From positions 241,862,001 to 241,926,000 of the forward strand of contig CM126205.1 of the NCBI GenBank assembly GCA_052327205.1: 64,000 bases of DNA. Reading direction: 5' to 3'. Each line of letters begins with the position of its first letter. Within the stretch, counting starts at the first letter, position 1. The position numbers were made by a program, and so were the translations under genes. Of the stretch, positions 27,477 through 40,509 are shown one piece after another. The notes under the pieces were generated by a model. The model saw nothing but the letters and a program-made list of their open reading frames with translations. It did no database searches and was not told where the DNA came from. The DNA is from Somniosus microcephalus (taxonomy: Eukaryota).

Positions 27477-29243
27477 AAGAGCCAGAGATTGATCTTGATG
27501 TTGTACTCAAAACTTCTATAACAGCAAAAACAGGTGAAGATGTAGAAATTATGATACCTTTCAAAGGCCGTCCTACTCCAAATGTCACCTGGAGAAAGGG
27601 TGAGAAAAATATTAATACTGATGAAAGATATGTCATCCACAATACCGAGTCATCTACAGTTCTCACTATTCCTGAGGTGAGCCGTGAAGATACCAGCAAG
27701 TATGTTTTGACAATTGAAAATGGTGTCGGGGAACCCAAATCAACATTTATAAATGTGAAAGTCCTTGATTCTCCTGGACCTTGTCAGAAGGTACATATTA
27801 AGCATGTAACCAGAAGCACTGTCACATTAGTTTGGGAGCCACCTCTTATCAATGGAGGTGCTGAAATTGTCAATTATATTATTGAAAAGAGAGATGCAAC
27901 AAAGAGAGCCTGGACAAGTGTCACAACTAAATGTTCCAGCACAATGTTTAAGATTACCAACTTATCAGAAAAGAACTCATTCTTTTTCCGAGTACTAGCA
28001 GAGAATGAGAATGGATTGGGTGAGCCATGTGAGACTTCAGAACCAGTGCAAGCCACTGAAGTACCAGGACCAATCAAAGATCTTGCGATGAAAGACTCAA
28101 CAAAGTCTTCTGTTGTGTTACAATGGAACAAACCTGACTATGATGGAGGTAGTATAATTACAGAATATGTAATTGAAAAGAAATTGAAAGAGGAACAAGA
28201 ATGGTCACATGCTGGAACTTGCAAGGTCTGTGCATTTGAAATTACTAAATTAAAGGAGTTGGCAGTAATGGAATTCAGAGTGTTTGCTAAAAATGAAAAG
28301 GGATTAAGTGATGGTGTTATTACTGGACTTATCACTGTGAAAGATTATGTCATCACACCTGAAGCAGACTTATCTGAAATACCAGGAGGAGAAATTAGTG
28401 TGAGAATTGGACACAATGTACACGTTGAACTGCCTTACAAGGGTAAACCACGACCAAGTGTCAAGTGGCAGAAAGACAATATTCCATTAAAAGAAAGTGA
28501 ACAAATCCGGTACAAGAAAACAGAAAGCAAAGCCACTTTAAGTATTAAGAATGTCAAGAAAGAACATGGTGGGAAGTACACCTTAATCCTTGATAATGCA
28601 ATTTCCAGAAAGTCATACAACTTTACTATAATTACACTCGGTCCTCCATCAAAGCCTAAAGGACCAGTTAGATTTGATGAAATCAAATCTGAAAGTGTCA
28701 TAATTTCATGGGATGCTCCTGAAGATGATGGAGGAAGTGAGATTACTTGCTACAGTGTTGAAAAGCGTGAAACTTCACAAACCAATTGGAAAGTGGTTTG
28801 TTCTAGTGTGGCCAGAAGCACTTTTAAGGTTACCAAACTGGTTAAAGATTTAGAGTATCAATTTAGAATTTGTGCTGAAAATAGATATGGAGTAAGTCAA
28901 CCATTTAATTCAATGACTGTAATAGCAAAACATCAATTCAGGCCTCCTGGACCACCTGGAAAGCCTGTTGTATACAACATCACTTGTGATGGTATGACAA
29001 TCTCATGGGATGCACCAGTATATGATGGTGGTTCAGAAGTCACTGGTTATCATGTTGAGAAGAAAGAAAGAAACAGCATCTTATGGCAAAAAGTCAACAC
29101 AATGCCTATTGCTGGCAGAGAATACAGAATTCCTGGACTTATTGAGGGCCTGGACTATCAGCTCCGAGTTTATTCTGAAAACAGTGTTGGATTGAGCCCA
29201 GTTAGTGAGGCAAGCAAATTCACTTTGGCTGTCTCACCAGTTG
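27477..29243 (+). CDS. TTN: TTN exon ~335 (1767 nt), Ig-Fn3-Fn3-Ig-Fn3-Fn3
   Basis: tacag|AAGAGCC ... GTTG|gtaagt. Confidence 0.96.
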
Positions 29244-29355
29244 GTAAGTAATTTATTTCCTGAAAAGTTTAATAATGAAGTCATCTTTGTGCTTAATTCT
29301 ACTTGTGTCAAAACATAAAAGCTAATATTGACTATTTGTATGCTTACTTAATCAG

Positions 29356-29649
29356 ATCCACCTGGTATACCAGATTATATTGATGTGACAAGAGAAACTG
29401 TAACACTTAAGTGGGATCCACCACAGCGTGATGGTGGAAGTAAGATTGTGGCATATAGTGTTGAAAAGCGGCAAGGAGGTGGGCGTTGGCTGCGGTGCAA
29501 CTTTATTGATATTACTGAATGCCAATATACAGTATCAGGTCTTAGCCCCGGTGACCGTTATGAATTCCGTATAATTGCTAGAAATGCAGTTGGAACAGTC
29601 AGTCCACCTTCTCAGTCATCAGGACACATCATGACAAGAGATGAAAGCG
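29356..29649 (+). CDS. TTN: TTN exon ~336 (294 nt), Fn3
   Basis: atcag|ATCCACC ... AGCG|gtaagt. Confidence 0.95.
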
Positions 29650-29755
29650 GTAAGTACTAAAACAAAGAAGCTAACTATTTTCTATATGGTATGGCAGATA
29701 GTTGTTACATCTTTGAAGTTTTAACTTGGTAATTACTCAACTCTTTCTTTCATAG

Positions 29756-30043
29756 TACTACCATCAATTGAATTCGGTGCTGAACACTTTGAAGGCATGA
29801 CTGTAAAATCTGGTGAGAGTATTCGGCTCAAGGTGCATATCAAAGGCCGCCCATTACCACAGGTGACCTGGTATAAAGATGGAAAGGAAATTGACAAGAA
29901 ATTGATGTTAGACATTACCAATGTTATTGGGTCAAGTTCTGTCTTTATTAGAGACAGCACCCGAGATCATCGTGGTATATATACTGTGGAAGCCAAGAAT
30001 GCTTCAGGCAGCAAGAAAGCTGACATTCATATCAGAGTTCAAG
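29756..30043 (+). CDS. TTN: TTN exon ~337 (288 nt), Ig
   Basis: catag|TACTACC ... CAAG|gtattt. Confidence 0.94.
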
Positions 30044-30176
30044 GTATTTGGAGGAAATTGACAACTTATGTACCTACTTTATTTTCTCAGTTGTTTGTTT
30101 ACTGTTCTTAGTAGTACAAATATTTTAGCTCCTGTTAGATCACTTGCTGGGCACTAACAGGTCTGATTTCGTTTAG

Positions 30177-30476
30177 ATACTCCTGGACCACCAGTTGGAC
30201 CTCTTCGATTTACCAACATTACTGGAGAGAAACTTACGTTGTGGTGGATTCCATCAGATAATGATGGCTGTGCTGTCATTACCCACTATGTAATTGAGAA
30301 ACGAGAGACAAGTCGACTTGCATGGGCATTGGTCAGTGATACATGTGAAGCCTGCTCATATACTGTCACCAAACTGATTACGGGAAATGAGTACCAGTTC
30401 CGTGTCTCAGCTGTCAACAAATTTGGCACTGGCAAACCGATAGATTCCGAGCCAGTTATTGCACAGATACAATACA
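30177..30476 (+). CDS. TTN: TTN exon ~338 (300 nt), Fn3
   Basis: tttag|ATACTCC ... TACA|gtacgt. Confidence 0.93.
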
Positions 30477-30600
30477 GTACGTGTGTTTTACAATTTAGAA
30501 TTTATAGTCATTAATAGTTGGCCCCACTCTTTTGTCTAACCTTTACCAGTCCTAACTTGTCAAACCAGTTCTAATTAGTTAACTGTTTTTGATTTCACAG

Positions 30601-32667
30601 CTGTACCTGATGTACCTGGTACTCCAGAATCAACTAATGTTTCAGGAAAAACTATCACACTTACTTGGTCAAGGCCAAAATCAGATGGAGGAAATGAAAT
30701 TAATCACTACATCCTTGAACGGCGTGAAAAGAAGAGTATGCGTTGGGTCAAAGTTTTTAGCAAAAGACCCATTACTGAAACAAGATTCAGGGTGACTAAT
30801 CTCACAGAAGGGAATGAATATGAATTCCGCGTCATGGCTGAAAATAATGCTGGAGTGGGTCCTTCAAGTGATATTTCTAGACTTATTAAGTGTAGAGAAC
30901 CAGTTAATCCACCAGGCGCTCCTACAATTATCAAAGTCACAGACACAACAAAGACATCTGTAAGTTTGGAATGGACTCGGCCTATCTTTGATGGCGGCAT
31001 GGAGATTATTGGCTATATAATCGAAATGTGCAAAACTGGTCTTGAAGATTGGAATAAAGTTAACGTACAAGCACGTGTCAACACCAAATACACAGTTACT
31101 GACTTGGAACCTGGTGAAGAGTATAAATTCCGTGTCTATGCTGTTAATGGTGCAGGAAAAGGAGACAGCTGTGAAGTTTCTGCTCCGGTACAAGCTACAG
31201 ATCGGTTAACTTCACCTGAAATTGATATTGATGCCAGTTTCAAACAAATTCATATTGTTAGAGCCGGTGGTACAATTCAGCTGCATATTGCCTTCCAAGG
31301 CAGACCAGTTCCTATTGCCACTTGGAAAAAAGCAGATTCTTCCATTGGGGTACATGTTCACATTAATACAACAGACACAAGCAGCACATTAATAGTGGAG
31401 AACTGCAATAGATATGATGCTGGAAAATATAGTCTTACTTTGGAAAACAACAGCGGCAGCAAATCTATTACATTCACTGTTAAGGTACAAGACACTCCAG
31501 GTCCACCCGGACCAATTACCTTCAAAGATGTTACTAGAGGTTCTATTACATTAATGTGGGATGCTCCCTTTCATGATGGAGGTTCACGTATCCATCATTA
31601 TGTCGTAGAGAAGCGTGAAGCCAGTAGGCGTAGCTGGCAAGAAATCAGCGGAAAGTGCACCCGACAGATCTTCAGAGCACAAGAACTTGCAGAAGGAGTG
31701 CCATACTTCTTCCGTGTCATGGCAGAAAATGAATATGGTGTTGGTGTGCCATATGAAATGACGGAGCCTATAGTAGCCACCGAGGAGCCAGCACCACCTA
31801 AGAGACTAGATATTGTTGACACAGGCAGAACCTATGCTCTTTTGGCTTGGATGAAACCAGAGCATGATGGTGGCAGTCATATTACTGGTTATCTAGTGGA
31901 AATGAAGCAAAAGGGATCAGATCACTGGGTTGAAGATGGTCGAACCAAACTCCTTAATCTTCGAGTTGATGGACTTGTTGAAAATACAGAGTATGAGTTC
32001 CGTGTCAAAGCTAAGAATGATGCTGGCTACAGTGAACCAAGGGAGGCATTTTCATCTGTTATTATTAAAGAACCACAGATAGAGCCTAAAGCAGATTTAT
32101 CTGGAATCACCAATCAAATGATCACCTGCAAAACAGGAAGTACCTTTACTATAGATGTGCCTATTAGTGGACGTCCGGCTCCTAAGGTAATGTGGAAACT
32201 TGAGGAGATGAGACTTAAGGAAACTGATAGAGTCAGTATCCAAACAACAAAAGAGAGAACTACACTGACTGCAAAGGACACTATGAGAGGTGACTCTGGC
32301 AAATATTACTTAACACTTGAAAACACAGCAGGAGTCAAGACCTTTACTGTAACTGTTAATGTTATTGGTCGACCGGGTCCAGTTACTGCCCCTGTAGGCA
32401 TCTCATCCGTTTCTGCAGAGTCATGTGTATTGTCATGGGCAGAGCCTGAAGATGATGGTGGCACTGAAATCACCAACTACATTGTAGAAAAACGCGAGTC
32501 TGGTACTACAGCATGGCAGCTCATCAATTCCAGTGTCAAACGTACTCAGATTAAAGTTACTCACCTGACAAAGTATATGGAATACAGCTTCCGAGTTTGT
32601 GCAGAGAACAGATTTGGTGTCAGCAAACCATTGGAATCAGCATCTGTGGTTGCTGAACATCCATTTG
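30601..32667 (+). CDS. TTN: TTN exon ~339 (2067 nt), Fn3-Fn3-Ig-Fn3-Fn3-Ig-Fn3
   Basis: cacag|CTGTACC ... TTTG|gtaagt. Confidence 0.96.
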
Positions 32668-32776
32668 GTAAGTAAAAAAAATGTAATCTGTATTTGCTAA
32701 TACATATGACTAAATATACACAAAGGATGAAATCTGAGAAAACTTACTAATTGTGTTTTTTTTGTATATACTGTAG

Positions 32777-33079
32777 TACCCCCAAGCTCACCAAACAGAC
32801 CAGTAGTATATTTTGTATCTGCTAATGCTATGTCTATCCGATGGGAAGAGCCATACCATGATGGTGGAAGCAAAGTTACAGGCTACTGGATTGAAAAGAA
32901 AGAACGTAACAGCATTCTCTGGGTGAAAGAAAACAAAATACTATGTATTGATTGCCATTACAAAATATCTACTCTAGTGGAAGGCCTGGAATACCAGTTT
33001 AGAGCTTATGCAATGAATAATGCTGGCTTGAGTAAAGCTAGTGAAGCTTCTAGACTAGTAATGGCTCAGAATCCTGTTG
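32777..33079 (+). CDS. TTN: TTN exon ~340 (303 nt), Fn3
   Basis: tgtag|TACCCCC ... GTTG|gtaagt. Confidence 0.95.
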
Positions 33080-33200
33080 GTAAGTACATACTAAGTATAA
33101 GAAAAGAGATTATATATTATGTAATTATACTTCTTTATATTTGCAAATAGTTACAAATTTCAATTTCAATTGAAATTTACTTTTGTTTAAATTTATAAAG

Positions 33201-33506
33201 ATCCTCCAGGTCGACCAGAAGTAACCGATGTTAATAGGTCTTCAGTTTCAATAAAATGGACTGTACCAATCTATGATGGTGGAAGTAAGATTATTGGATA
33301 CATCGTGGAACGCAAACCTTATAATGAAACTGGAGATGGCCGCTGGCTTAAGTGCAACTACACCTCTATCTCAGATACCTTCTACACTGTTACAGGACTT
33401 AGTGACACAGAAGTTTATGAATTCCGTGTTTTAGCCAAGAATGCAAGTGGAGTCATTAGTATACCATCTGAATCTACAGGACCTGTCGCTTGTAAAGATG
33501 AATATG
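33201..33506 (+). CDS. TTN: TTN exon ~341 (306 nt), Fn3
   Basis: taaag|ATCCTCC ... TATG|gtatgc. Confidence 0.94.
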
Positions 33507-33616
33507 GTATGCTAAAGTCAGAAATACATCATAGATCTATAAATGGTTTTACTTTCCTATTGAAACAAAAACAAGACTCTTAATGGTTATTTATTACTTT
33601 TTATTCATATTTACAG

Positions 33617-33907
33617 TACCACCCAAGGCTGAACTAGACAGTAGGCTACTTGGAGAAATGATTACCATAGGAGCTGGATCAGATCTGGTGCTTGATGCTT
33701 TTATTGGTGGGAAACCTGACCCTAACGTCTATTGGTCTAAGGGAGACAAAGAACTGGAGCTTTGTGAAAAGATCTCTCTGCAGTACACTAACAAGCGTGC
33801 TGTTGCCATTATCAAGTTCTGCGACAGAAATGACACTGGAAGATATACACTAACTGTGAAAAATCCAAGTGGAACTAAGACTGTATCTGTAAATGTTAAA
33901 GTGCTAG
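33617..33907 (+). CDS. TTN: TTN exon ~342 (291 nt), Ig
   Basis: tacag|TACCACC ... CTAG|gtaagt. Confidence 0.95.
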
Positions 33908-34017
33908 GTAAGTTTTATGTTACAAAATACAATAAATACTTTTGGAAATATACTTCAAGTAAAAATTCTGTGCAGGCTATATTTGTGTCTTAACTTTATG
34001 TTTCAAACTCTGTTTAG

Positions 34018-34317
34018 ATTCACCAGGACCATGCGATGGTTCACTTATCATCAGCAGATTAACTGAAGAGAAATGCACTTTGTCATGGAATATGCCAATT
34101 GAAGATGGCGGAGCAGAGGTTACACACTATATTGTAGAGAGACGCGAGACTAGCAGACTTAACTGGGTAATCGTTGAAGCTGAGTGCAAGACTCTTTCCA
34201 CTGTAGTTACAAGACTTATAAGGAACAATGAATACATTTTTAGAATAAGAGCGGTTAACAAGTATGGACCTGGTGTGCCACGGGAGTCTGAACCTGCTAT
34301 GGCCAGAAACTCATTCA
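34018..34317 (+). CDS. TTN: TTN exon ~343 (300 nt), Fn3 A150
   Basis: tttag|ATTCACC ... TTCA|gtaagt; ETSRLNWVIVE and NKYGPGVP as in A150. Confidence 0.94.
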
Positions 34318-34431
34318 GTAAGTACTATGTGATAAGTTTCTTTTATGTTTGCAAAATATTATTATTCATCTTAGTAAAGTAATAGCAAAGATATTACTGA
34401 AATCTAATGCACTTCAATTTGTTGTAAACAG

Positions 34432-34737
34432 TCATCCCCTCACCACCTGGTGAACCAGAAGTTGTTGCGATTGGAAAAGAGCATATCATCATCCAATGGT
34501 TGAAACCTGAAAATGATGGTGGAGCTGAAATTAGTAACTATCTTGTGGATAAACGTGAAAAACGAAGTGTACGTTGGACTCGAGTCAACAAAGACTTTAC
34601 TATTTATGATACCAGACTCAAAGTTACAAATCTAATGGAGAATTGTGAGTACCAGTTCCGTGTTACAGCTGTAAATGCAGCTGGTAACAGTGAGCCAAGT
34701 GAATCGTCACATTCTATCCTATGCAAAGAACCCACAT
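34432..34737 (+). CDS. TTN: TTN exon ~344 (306 nt), Fn3
   Basis: aacag|TCATCCC ... ACAT|gtaagt. Confidence 0.94.
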
Positions 34738-34830
34738 GTAAGTATTAGATTTGGAATTAATATTTTAAGTTTCTTATAATTGAAAATCTATACAAATACA
34801 TGAACTTAATCTATTTAAATTGAATAACAG

Positions 34831-35136
34831 ATACACCTGCAGTACCTTCAGCACCAAGAGTTGTGGATACAACCAAACACAGCATCAGCCTAGCATGGAC
34901 AAAACCCATGTATGATGGTGGTTCTGAAATTATTGGCTATGTTCTTGAAATGAAAGAGGAAAGCGTGGAACAGTGGTATAGAGCACATACTACAGCCAAC
35001 TTAAGACACACTGAATATACCATTACAGGTCTTACAACTAGCAGGAAGTACTATTTCAGAGTTGCTTCTGTCAATATTAATGGAATGAGCGAATACAGTG
35101 AGTCATCTGCTGAAATTGAAGCAGTAGAAAGAATAG
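34831..35136 (+). CDS. TTN: TTN exon ~345 (306 nt), Fn3
   Basis: aacag|ATACACC ... ATAG|gtaagt. Confidence 0.95.
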
Positions 35137-35412
35137 GTAAGTGGCATTATAAAGGCAATTCATATCATTTTGCAATCCTTTACACTTTTCCAACAGGATC
35201 TATCTAATATATCTAATAAAATGTGCATATCTGGTACTGAAAATGTTTGGGTATTAAATTATAACTAGAAATCAATCCAAAACTGACAACTTTACAATCC
35301 TGAGAAATATCTTAATCAGTGATATTTTTGATTGTTGATAACTTCTTGAAGATTTTATTATTAGAAGATTGTACCTTGTTTTTCATCTCTATTGCACATT
35401 TTATTTTTCTAG

Positions 35413-35694
35413 AAATGCCAGACCTTGAGCTTGCAGATGATCTCAAAAAGACTGTAACTGTTAGAGCTGGTGGCTCACTCCGCTTAATGGTTTCAGTAGC
35501 AGGTAGACCTACTCCAATGCTAACCTGGAGTAAACCTGGTGTTGACCTCCACAATCGTGGTTTTATTGATACGACAGATTCTTACACACTGCTAGTAGTT
35601 GACAAGGTGAATCGCTATGATGCTGGAAAATACACCATTGAGGCTGAAAATCCATCAGGCAAGAAGTCAGCGACTGTAGTTGTCAAAGTATATG
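35413..35694 (+). CDS. TTN: TTN exon ~346 (282 nt), Ig
   Basis: tctag|AAATGCC ... TATG|gtatgt. Confidence 0.95.
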
Positions 35695-35802
35695 GTATGT
35701 GAAACAAAATATTTTTCAATCTTTTGTTCCTGTTGTCATCTTTTGCTAGCCATTTTAAAACATAACACAAATTTTTTTTTTAAATACCTGCTATATTCTC
35801 AG

Positions 35803-36396
35803 ATACGCCTGGCCCACCTGGCGCTGTTAAAGTGAAGGAAGTCTCGAGGGATTCTGTGGTTATCACATGGGATGTACCAACAATTGATGGTGGAGCACCG
35901 GTCAACAATTACATAATCGAGAGACGTGAAGCTGCTATGAGAGCATTCAAGACAGTGACAATTAAATGCAACAAGACAATTTATAGAATAACTGGACTTG
36001 CTGAGGGAACAATGTATTATTTCAGAGTCTTGCCAGAGAATATCTATGGTATTGGTGAGCCGTGCGAAACCACTGATGCAGTGCTTGTCTCAGAAGTTCC
36101 TATGGTTCCACAGAAATTGGATGTAATTGATGTCACAAAATCTACAGTCACACTAGCCTGGGAAAAACCACTGCACGATGGAGGCTGCAGACTGACTGGT
36201 TATGTTATTGAAGCATGCAAGGCTGGTACAGAAAGGTGGATGAAAGTTGCAACTTTTAAACACACAGTCTTTGAACATACTATAATCTCTCTAAATGAGT
36301 CTGAACAGTACCTGTTCAGAGTCAGAGCCCAGAATGACAAAGGTATCAGTGAACCAAGAGAGATTGTAACTGCTGTCACTGTACAAGATCAGAAAG
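35803..36396 (+). CDS. TTN: TTN exon ~347 (594 nt), Fn3-Fn3
   Basis: ctcag|ATACGCC ... AAAG|gtatgt. Confidence 0.95.
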
Positions 36397-36533
36397 GTAT
36401 GTGTAGGTTTAAAATGAGTTTTTGATATTTATATAGTAGTTCAAAAATAAGCATTAATATGAATTAATGTATTATGAATGTAACAATAGTTTTACTAAAA
36501 ATTGGTATTATTCTTGTATTTCTGTTCCAACAG

Positions 36534-36821
36534 TGATACCAAAGATTGATTTGGCAGGCATAGCTCAGAAGACCGTCACTGTACATGTTGGCAAGCCTAT
36601 TGAACTATCTATTCCAATTAGTGGCCGTCCACCTCCTGGTGTGTCATGGTATTTTGAGGGAACAAAACTGAAAGAAAATGATCGTACCAAAGTAGAAAGA
36701 TCTGCCAAAGTAGTTAAGCTTACTGTGCGTGAAACCACCATAGACGATACTGGTGACTATCTGCTTGAGCTAAAAAATGTTGCTGGATCTGCTACTGAAA
36801 CCATCAAAGTGATCATTCTTG
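36534..36821 (+). CDS. TTN: TTN exon ~348 (288 nt), Ig
   Basis: aacag|TGATACC ... CTTG|gtaagt. Confidence 0.95.
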
Positions 36822-36936
36822 GTAAGTAATTCTCGCAAACTCTATAAAAAAAAAAAATTACCTATGTACCAGTGTACTGTCCGTGGTACTATAATCATTT
36901 TTCAAGTCTTAGATAAATGTATTAATTTATTTGCAG

Positions 36937-37236
36937 ATAAACCAGGACCACCTACAGGCTCAATTAAAATTGATGAAATTGATGCCACTACTGTCGCCAT
37001 CAGTTGGGAGCCACCAGAGAAAGATGGTGGCGCTGCCATCAGTGGTTATGTGGTGGAACAACGTGATGCTCATCGCCCAGGATGGCTGCCTGTGTCTGAA
37101 TCTGTTACTAGGAACACATTCAAGTTTACTAGATTAACTGAAGGCACTGAATACGTCTTCCGTGTAGCTGCCACAAACCGCTTTGGTATTGGATCATTTT
37201 TACAATCTGGCATTGTGGAATGCAAGAGTGCCATCA
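36937..37236 (+). CDS. TTN: TTN exon ~349 (300 nt), Fn3
   Basis: tgcag|ATAAACC ... ATCA|gtaagt. Confidence 0.95.
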
Positions 37237-37434
37237 GTAAGTGCAATACTGAAGTATTTTACTGGTAATTAGAGATGTCATGGTTTTAAAATGTAGATTA
37301 TTTTATGTAAAATCCAATCCTGTGACTTACAGTCCCTTGATTGTGCTAATTATATTGGACTATAATTGTAGAAATGATGATAAATCAACAACGGTTAGAC
37401 AAATGTTTCAAGGCTGTTAAGGGGAAAACATACT

Positions 37435-38409
37435 GGCCGCGAAATTCGGTAGGTTAGTACCTCCCGTTAGCATCTAGCGGGGGCGTTAAGGGGTTAGTAC
37501 CCAGCCGCGGCGAATCCAACGCCACACCCGACCTTCAGTGGCAAATTAGCACTGGCGTTAACTATTAGCATGTGCAATGCCCCGTTAACGGCCCCGATGC
37601 AAAATTGCCTTTTGCATCCTGCTTTAGCGCCTCGCACCGACAACACCAGTAAGAGCAGGCATTGTACACTCGGAAGTGCGCTGCAGGAGCGGTAATTAAA
37701 GGGAATGCTTCCGTGTCGTTTGAATATCGCAAAAAAGGCGCTTTCAATGATCGCACCGTTTATTACTTGCACCAGTTTGCTGCCTGCGCAACATTTTTTA
37801 CGCCTTTTCCTCAAACATCTCCAAATGCTGTACTTTCTGAAAGTGATGGGGCTGCAATCGTCCAGGTCGCATTGATGACTATGAGGTTGTATAGCGTGAT
37901 TGGCCCCTCCCTTTAAGAGATAGAAGCAGCCTGTGTGATTAAAGAGTACCGTTTGGACTGCGCATGACCTTTTTTTATCACTCTGCCGGTAGCGCCCTAC
38001 TCTCAGAGGTTAGCGTCCTAAGTTTGGCGTGTGTTAAGTCTGTGAGTTGTTCAAGTAATTAATACTCAGACTTAATCAGTAACAATAAAACAGGTCTTTA
38101 CTGGTTGGAGGTAGGGACTACACTGAATACAAGATTACTGCACAGTGCTTATATACCGGTGTGTTCACCCCCGGTATTATCTACAGCAGCCTGAGAAAGT
38201 AGTACATCTCTTAAGGTGGAACAGGCTTAAGCTCTCTTAAGGTGGAACAGGTTACATACACAACAGCGTGTAGCGCTTGATTTAGCGCTCCACTTCCCTC
38301 ATGGAGCGCTAATAATGAATTTTGTGGGAGTCGACAGTGATTAGCGCCTGATGCTAATTCTTCAACTTTTAAAGTTTTAGCACCCCAAACGGTACCAAAT
38401 GTCGCCCCC
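37435..38409. mobile_element. Non-autonomous PIF/Harbinger-like DNA transposon
   Basis: Imperfect TIRs ggccgcgaaattcggta / taccaaatgtcgccccc, 3-bp direct repeat ACT on both flanks (37432-37434, 38410-38412), CpG-rich body in an AT-rich intron. Confidence 0.7.
38032..38265 (-). mobile_element. Solo LTR (234 bp) nested in the Harbinger-like element
   Basis: TGTT...AACA termini, perfect 5-bp TSD GCGTG (38027-38031, 38266-38270), TATATAA then AGTAAA on minus strand, internal direct repeat tctcttaaggtggaacagg x2. Confidence 0.85.
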
Positions 38410-38567
38410 ACTGTTTCCTGAACTGGCAGAACTAATGGAATTCTTCAAAATCAGAATCATTGATACTCATGATACTTTTAAAAGTTATTTTCAAAAATCA
38501 TTTCCCTATGAATCACTAAATTATTTTTTATACAAGGTAAAGTACATTCCTCTTTTTTGCCTAACAG

Positions 38568-38870
38568 ATACGCCTGAACCCCCTGGTACTCCTCATGTAT
38601 TTGATGTCTCTCGTGATGGTATGACAATGACTTGGGAACCATCAGTTGATGATGGAGGTTCGCCAATTGCTGGGTACATCATTGAACGCAAAGAACTAAG
38701 AGCTGACCGATGGGTGAGAACCAACAAAGTGCTCGTGACTATGACAAGATATCGTTCCACTGGTCTTATAGAAGGATTAGAATATGAACATCGTGTGACA
38801 GCCATGAACGCAAGAGGTGCTAGCAAACCAAGCAGACCTTCCAAATCTGCAGTTGCCATGGACCCAATAG
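38568..38870 (+). CDS. TTN: TTN exon ~350 (303 nt), Fn3
   Basis: aacag|ATACGCC ... ATAG|gtaacg. Confidence 0.95.
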
Positions 38871-40509
38871 GTAACGTGATACAAAGTCAATTTCTAAAAA
38901 TGAAAATCTACTGGTTAGACTTTATTTCCACAACTTTAATTTCCTGTCTTCTATTTTGTTTTTCAAATATTAATAATGTCTCATTAATAATAGTTATGGA
39001 AACTGTTGGTACTACTTTTGATATATGTAATTATTAATTCTAAATATTAATGGAATTTTAAACCACACATTATCGAGTATATTGTATCAATCATGGTATC
39101 GAATTATATAGTGTATATTATTATATTTAAAATTGTCAAAGCTTTGACTTCCCCTATTATTAAAGTTGGTAAAAGTACAGTGGTTATATGTAAATTGACT
39201 TCTTTAGAAAAAGTGCATTAAATGTTTGAAATAATCTGCCAACCAAGTTAATGGAGACAAAAGAATTGAAGTGACTCAAAGTTCATTAGATGCCATATTA
39301 ATGTACTAAAAGGATGAACTTGTACAGGTCATTTCTCACCACTGACTTTTCTTATGAGAAGGCAGTCATTTAAGTTGTAATAAGCACTATAGAACATACA
39401 TGCGTGTCATTTGGACAGTAAGCCAAATGACATGCATGTAATTTTAATTCAGTGCATAACAATTGCAATATAACCATTAAATGGAAAATAAAATCCTAGA
39501 TGTTTCCATTGATTTGAGGTAAGTAAAAAGTGATGCCAATAGCAACCAGCATTTCAAAATAGTCCAAAAAAAATGAAAATTGGCACTTACAAGCTTAATT
39601 ATATATCGCATAAACAATATGAGCATCTATTTATTGCACAGTAACATAATTTAAAAATATGCAATATAAGTTTGGACAACATGCATACAAATTCCTGACA
39701 GCTGAACAAGATTAGGAAGTACTCTGTAAACGAATTCTTCCAGTTATTACACCTTGTTTGATTTTTTTTCTGTCCCCTGCTTTCTTTTGTTGACGCCTCT
39801 GCTTTCTTCTGAAGGCATTGGGGAGGATTTATCTCTGCTATACAACTCGATGGCACGCATGGCGATAGACAATCAAGGGAAATTGGGCAGGGAGGCCTAT
39901 GGCCACATCTCCTGCCCTGCTGGTACTGCTTTTGATTTTCCTCCGTCCAGGCTGGGAATGCAGCTGGTCAACCCTTCACTGCCCCACCACCTGCTAATGA
40001 CAGTGGTGCCCAGAATCCTGGCCAATTTCCCTGCCTTTTCCTATAGCACCAACCCCAAGAACCACCAGAAGAAGAATGGCAGTAGACTCTTCAGCAGGAA
40101 GACATGCTGAAGTCCTTTTTGAAGAGAGAGAACCAAGTAATGGGTACCTCTCCCTCTTCAGGAAATTAAATTTTTTAAGCCTCAGCTCTCAGATCGAAAT
40201 ATTGTTCAGATTGCCTTTACTATTTTTATGGCTTCACCGTCCCCTTTAAATGGGCTCCCTCCTTTTCTGGTGCTGCAGTGGGTGTACTGCTGCAGCAATA
40301 CTGCATTTTCCTCTGTGGTAGTGGCAGTCTCCCTCACTCTGTTGGGAATCATGCCAGGAGCCCACCCTACTTAGATAAACAGCACTGGCCCAGTAAAATT
40401 GACTGGGGTCATGACAGGGTTAGATGACAGGTGGAAGCACTGCCTTGATCCTTCTCTGGCAGCCAGTCCACTCTGAAGGAAAATCCTGGCCTATACCTCT
40501 TTGCTAAGC

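Noticed and set aside
38206-38251. Direct repeat tctcttaaggtggaacagg x2 as an array
   Set aside because: Only two units, internal to the solo LTR; no CRISPR-like context in a vertebrate gene
39876-40032. 11-bp inverted repeat agggaaattgg / ccaatttccct
   Set aside because: Probably a decayed MITE piece, but boundaries and TSD cannot be supported
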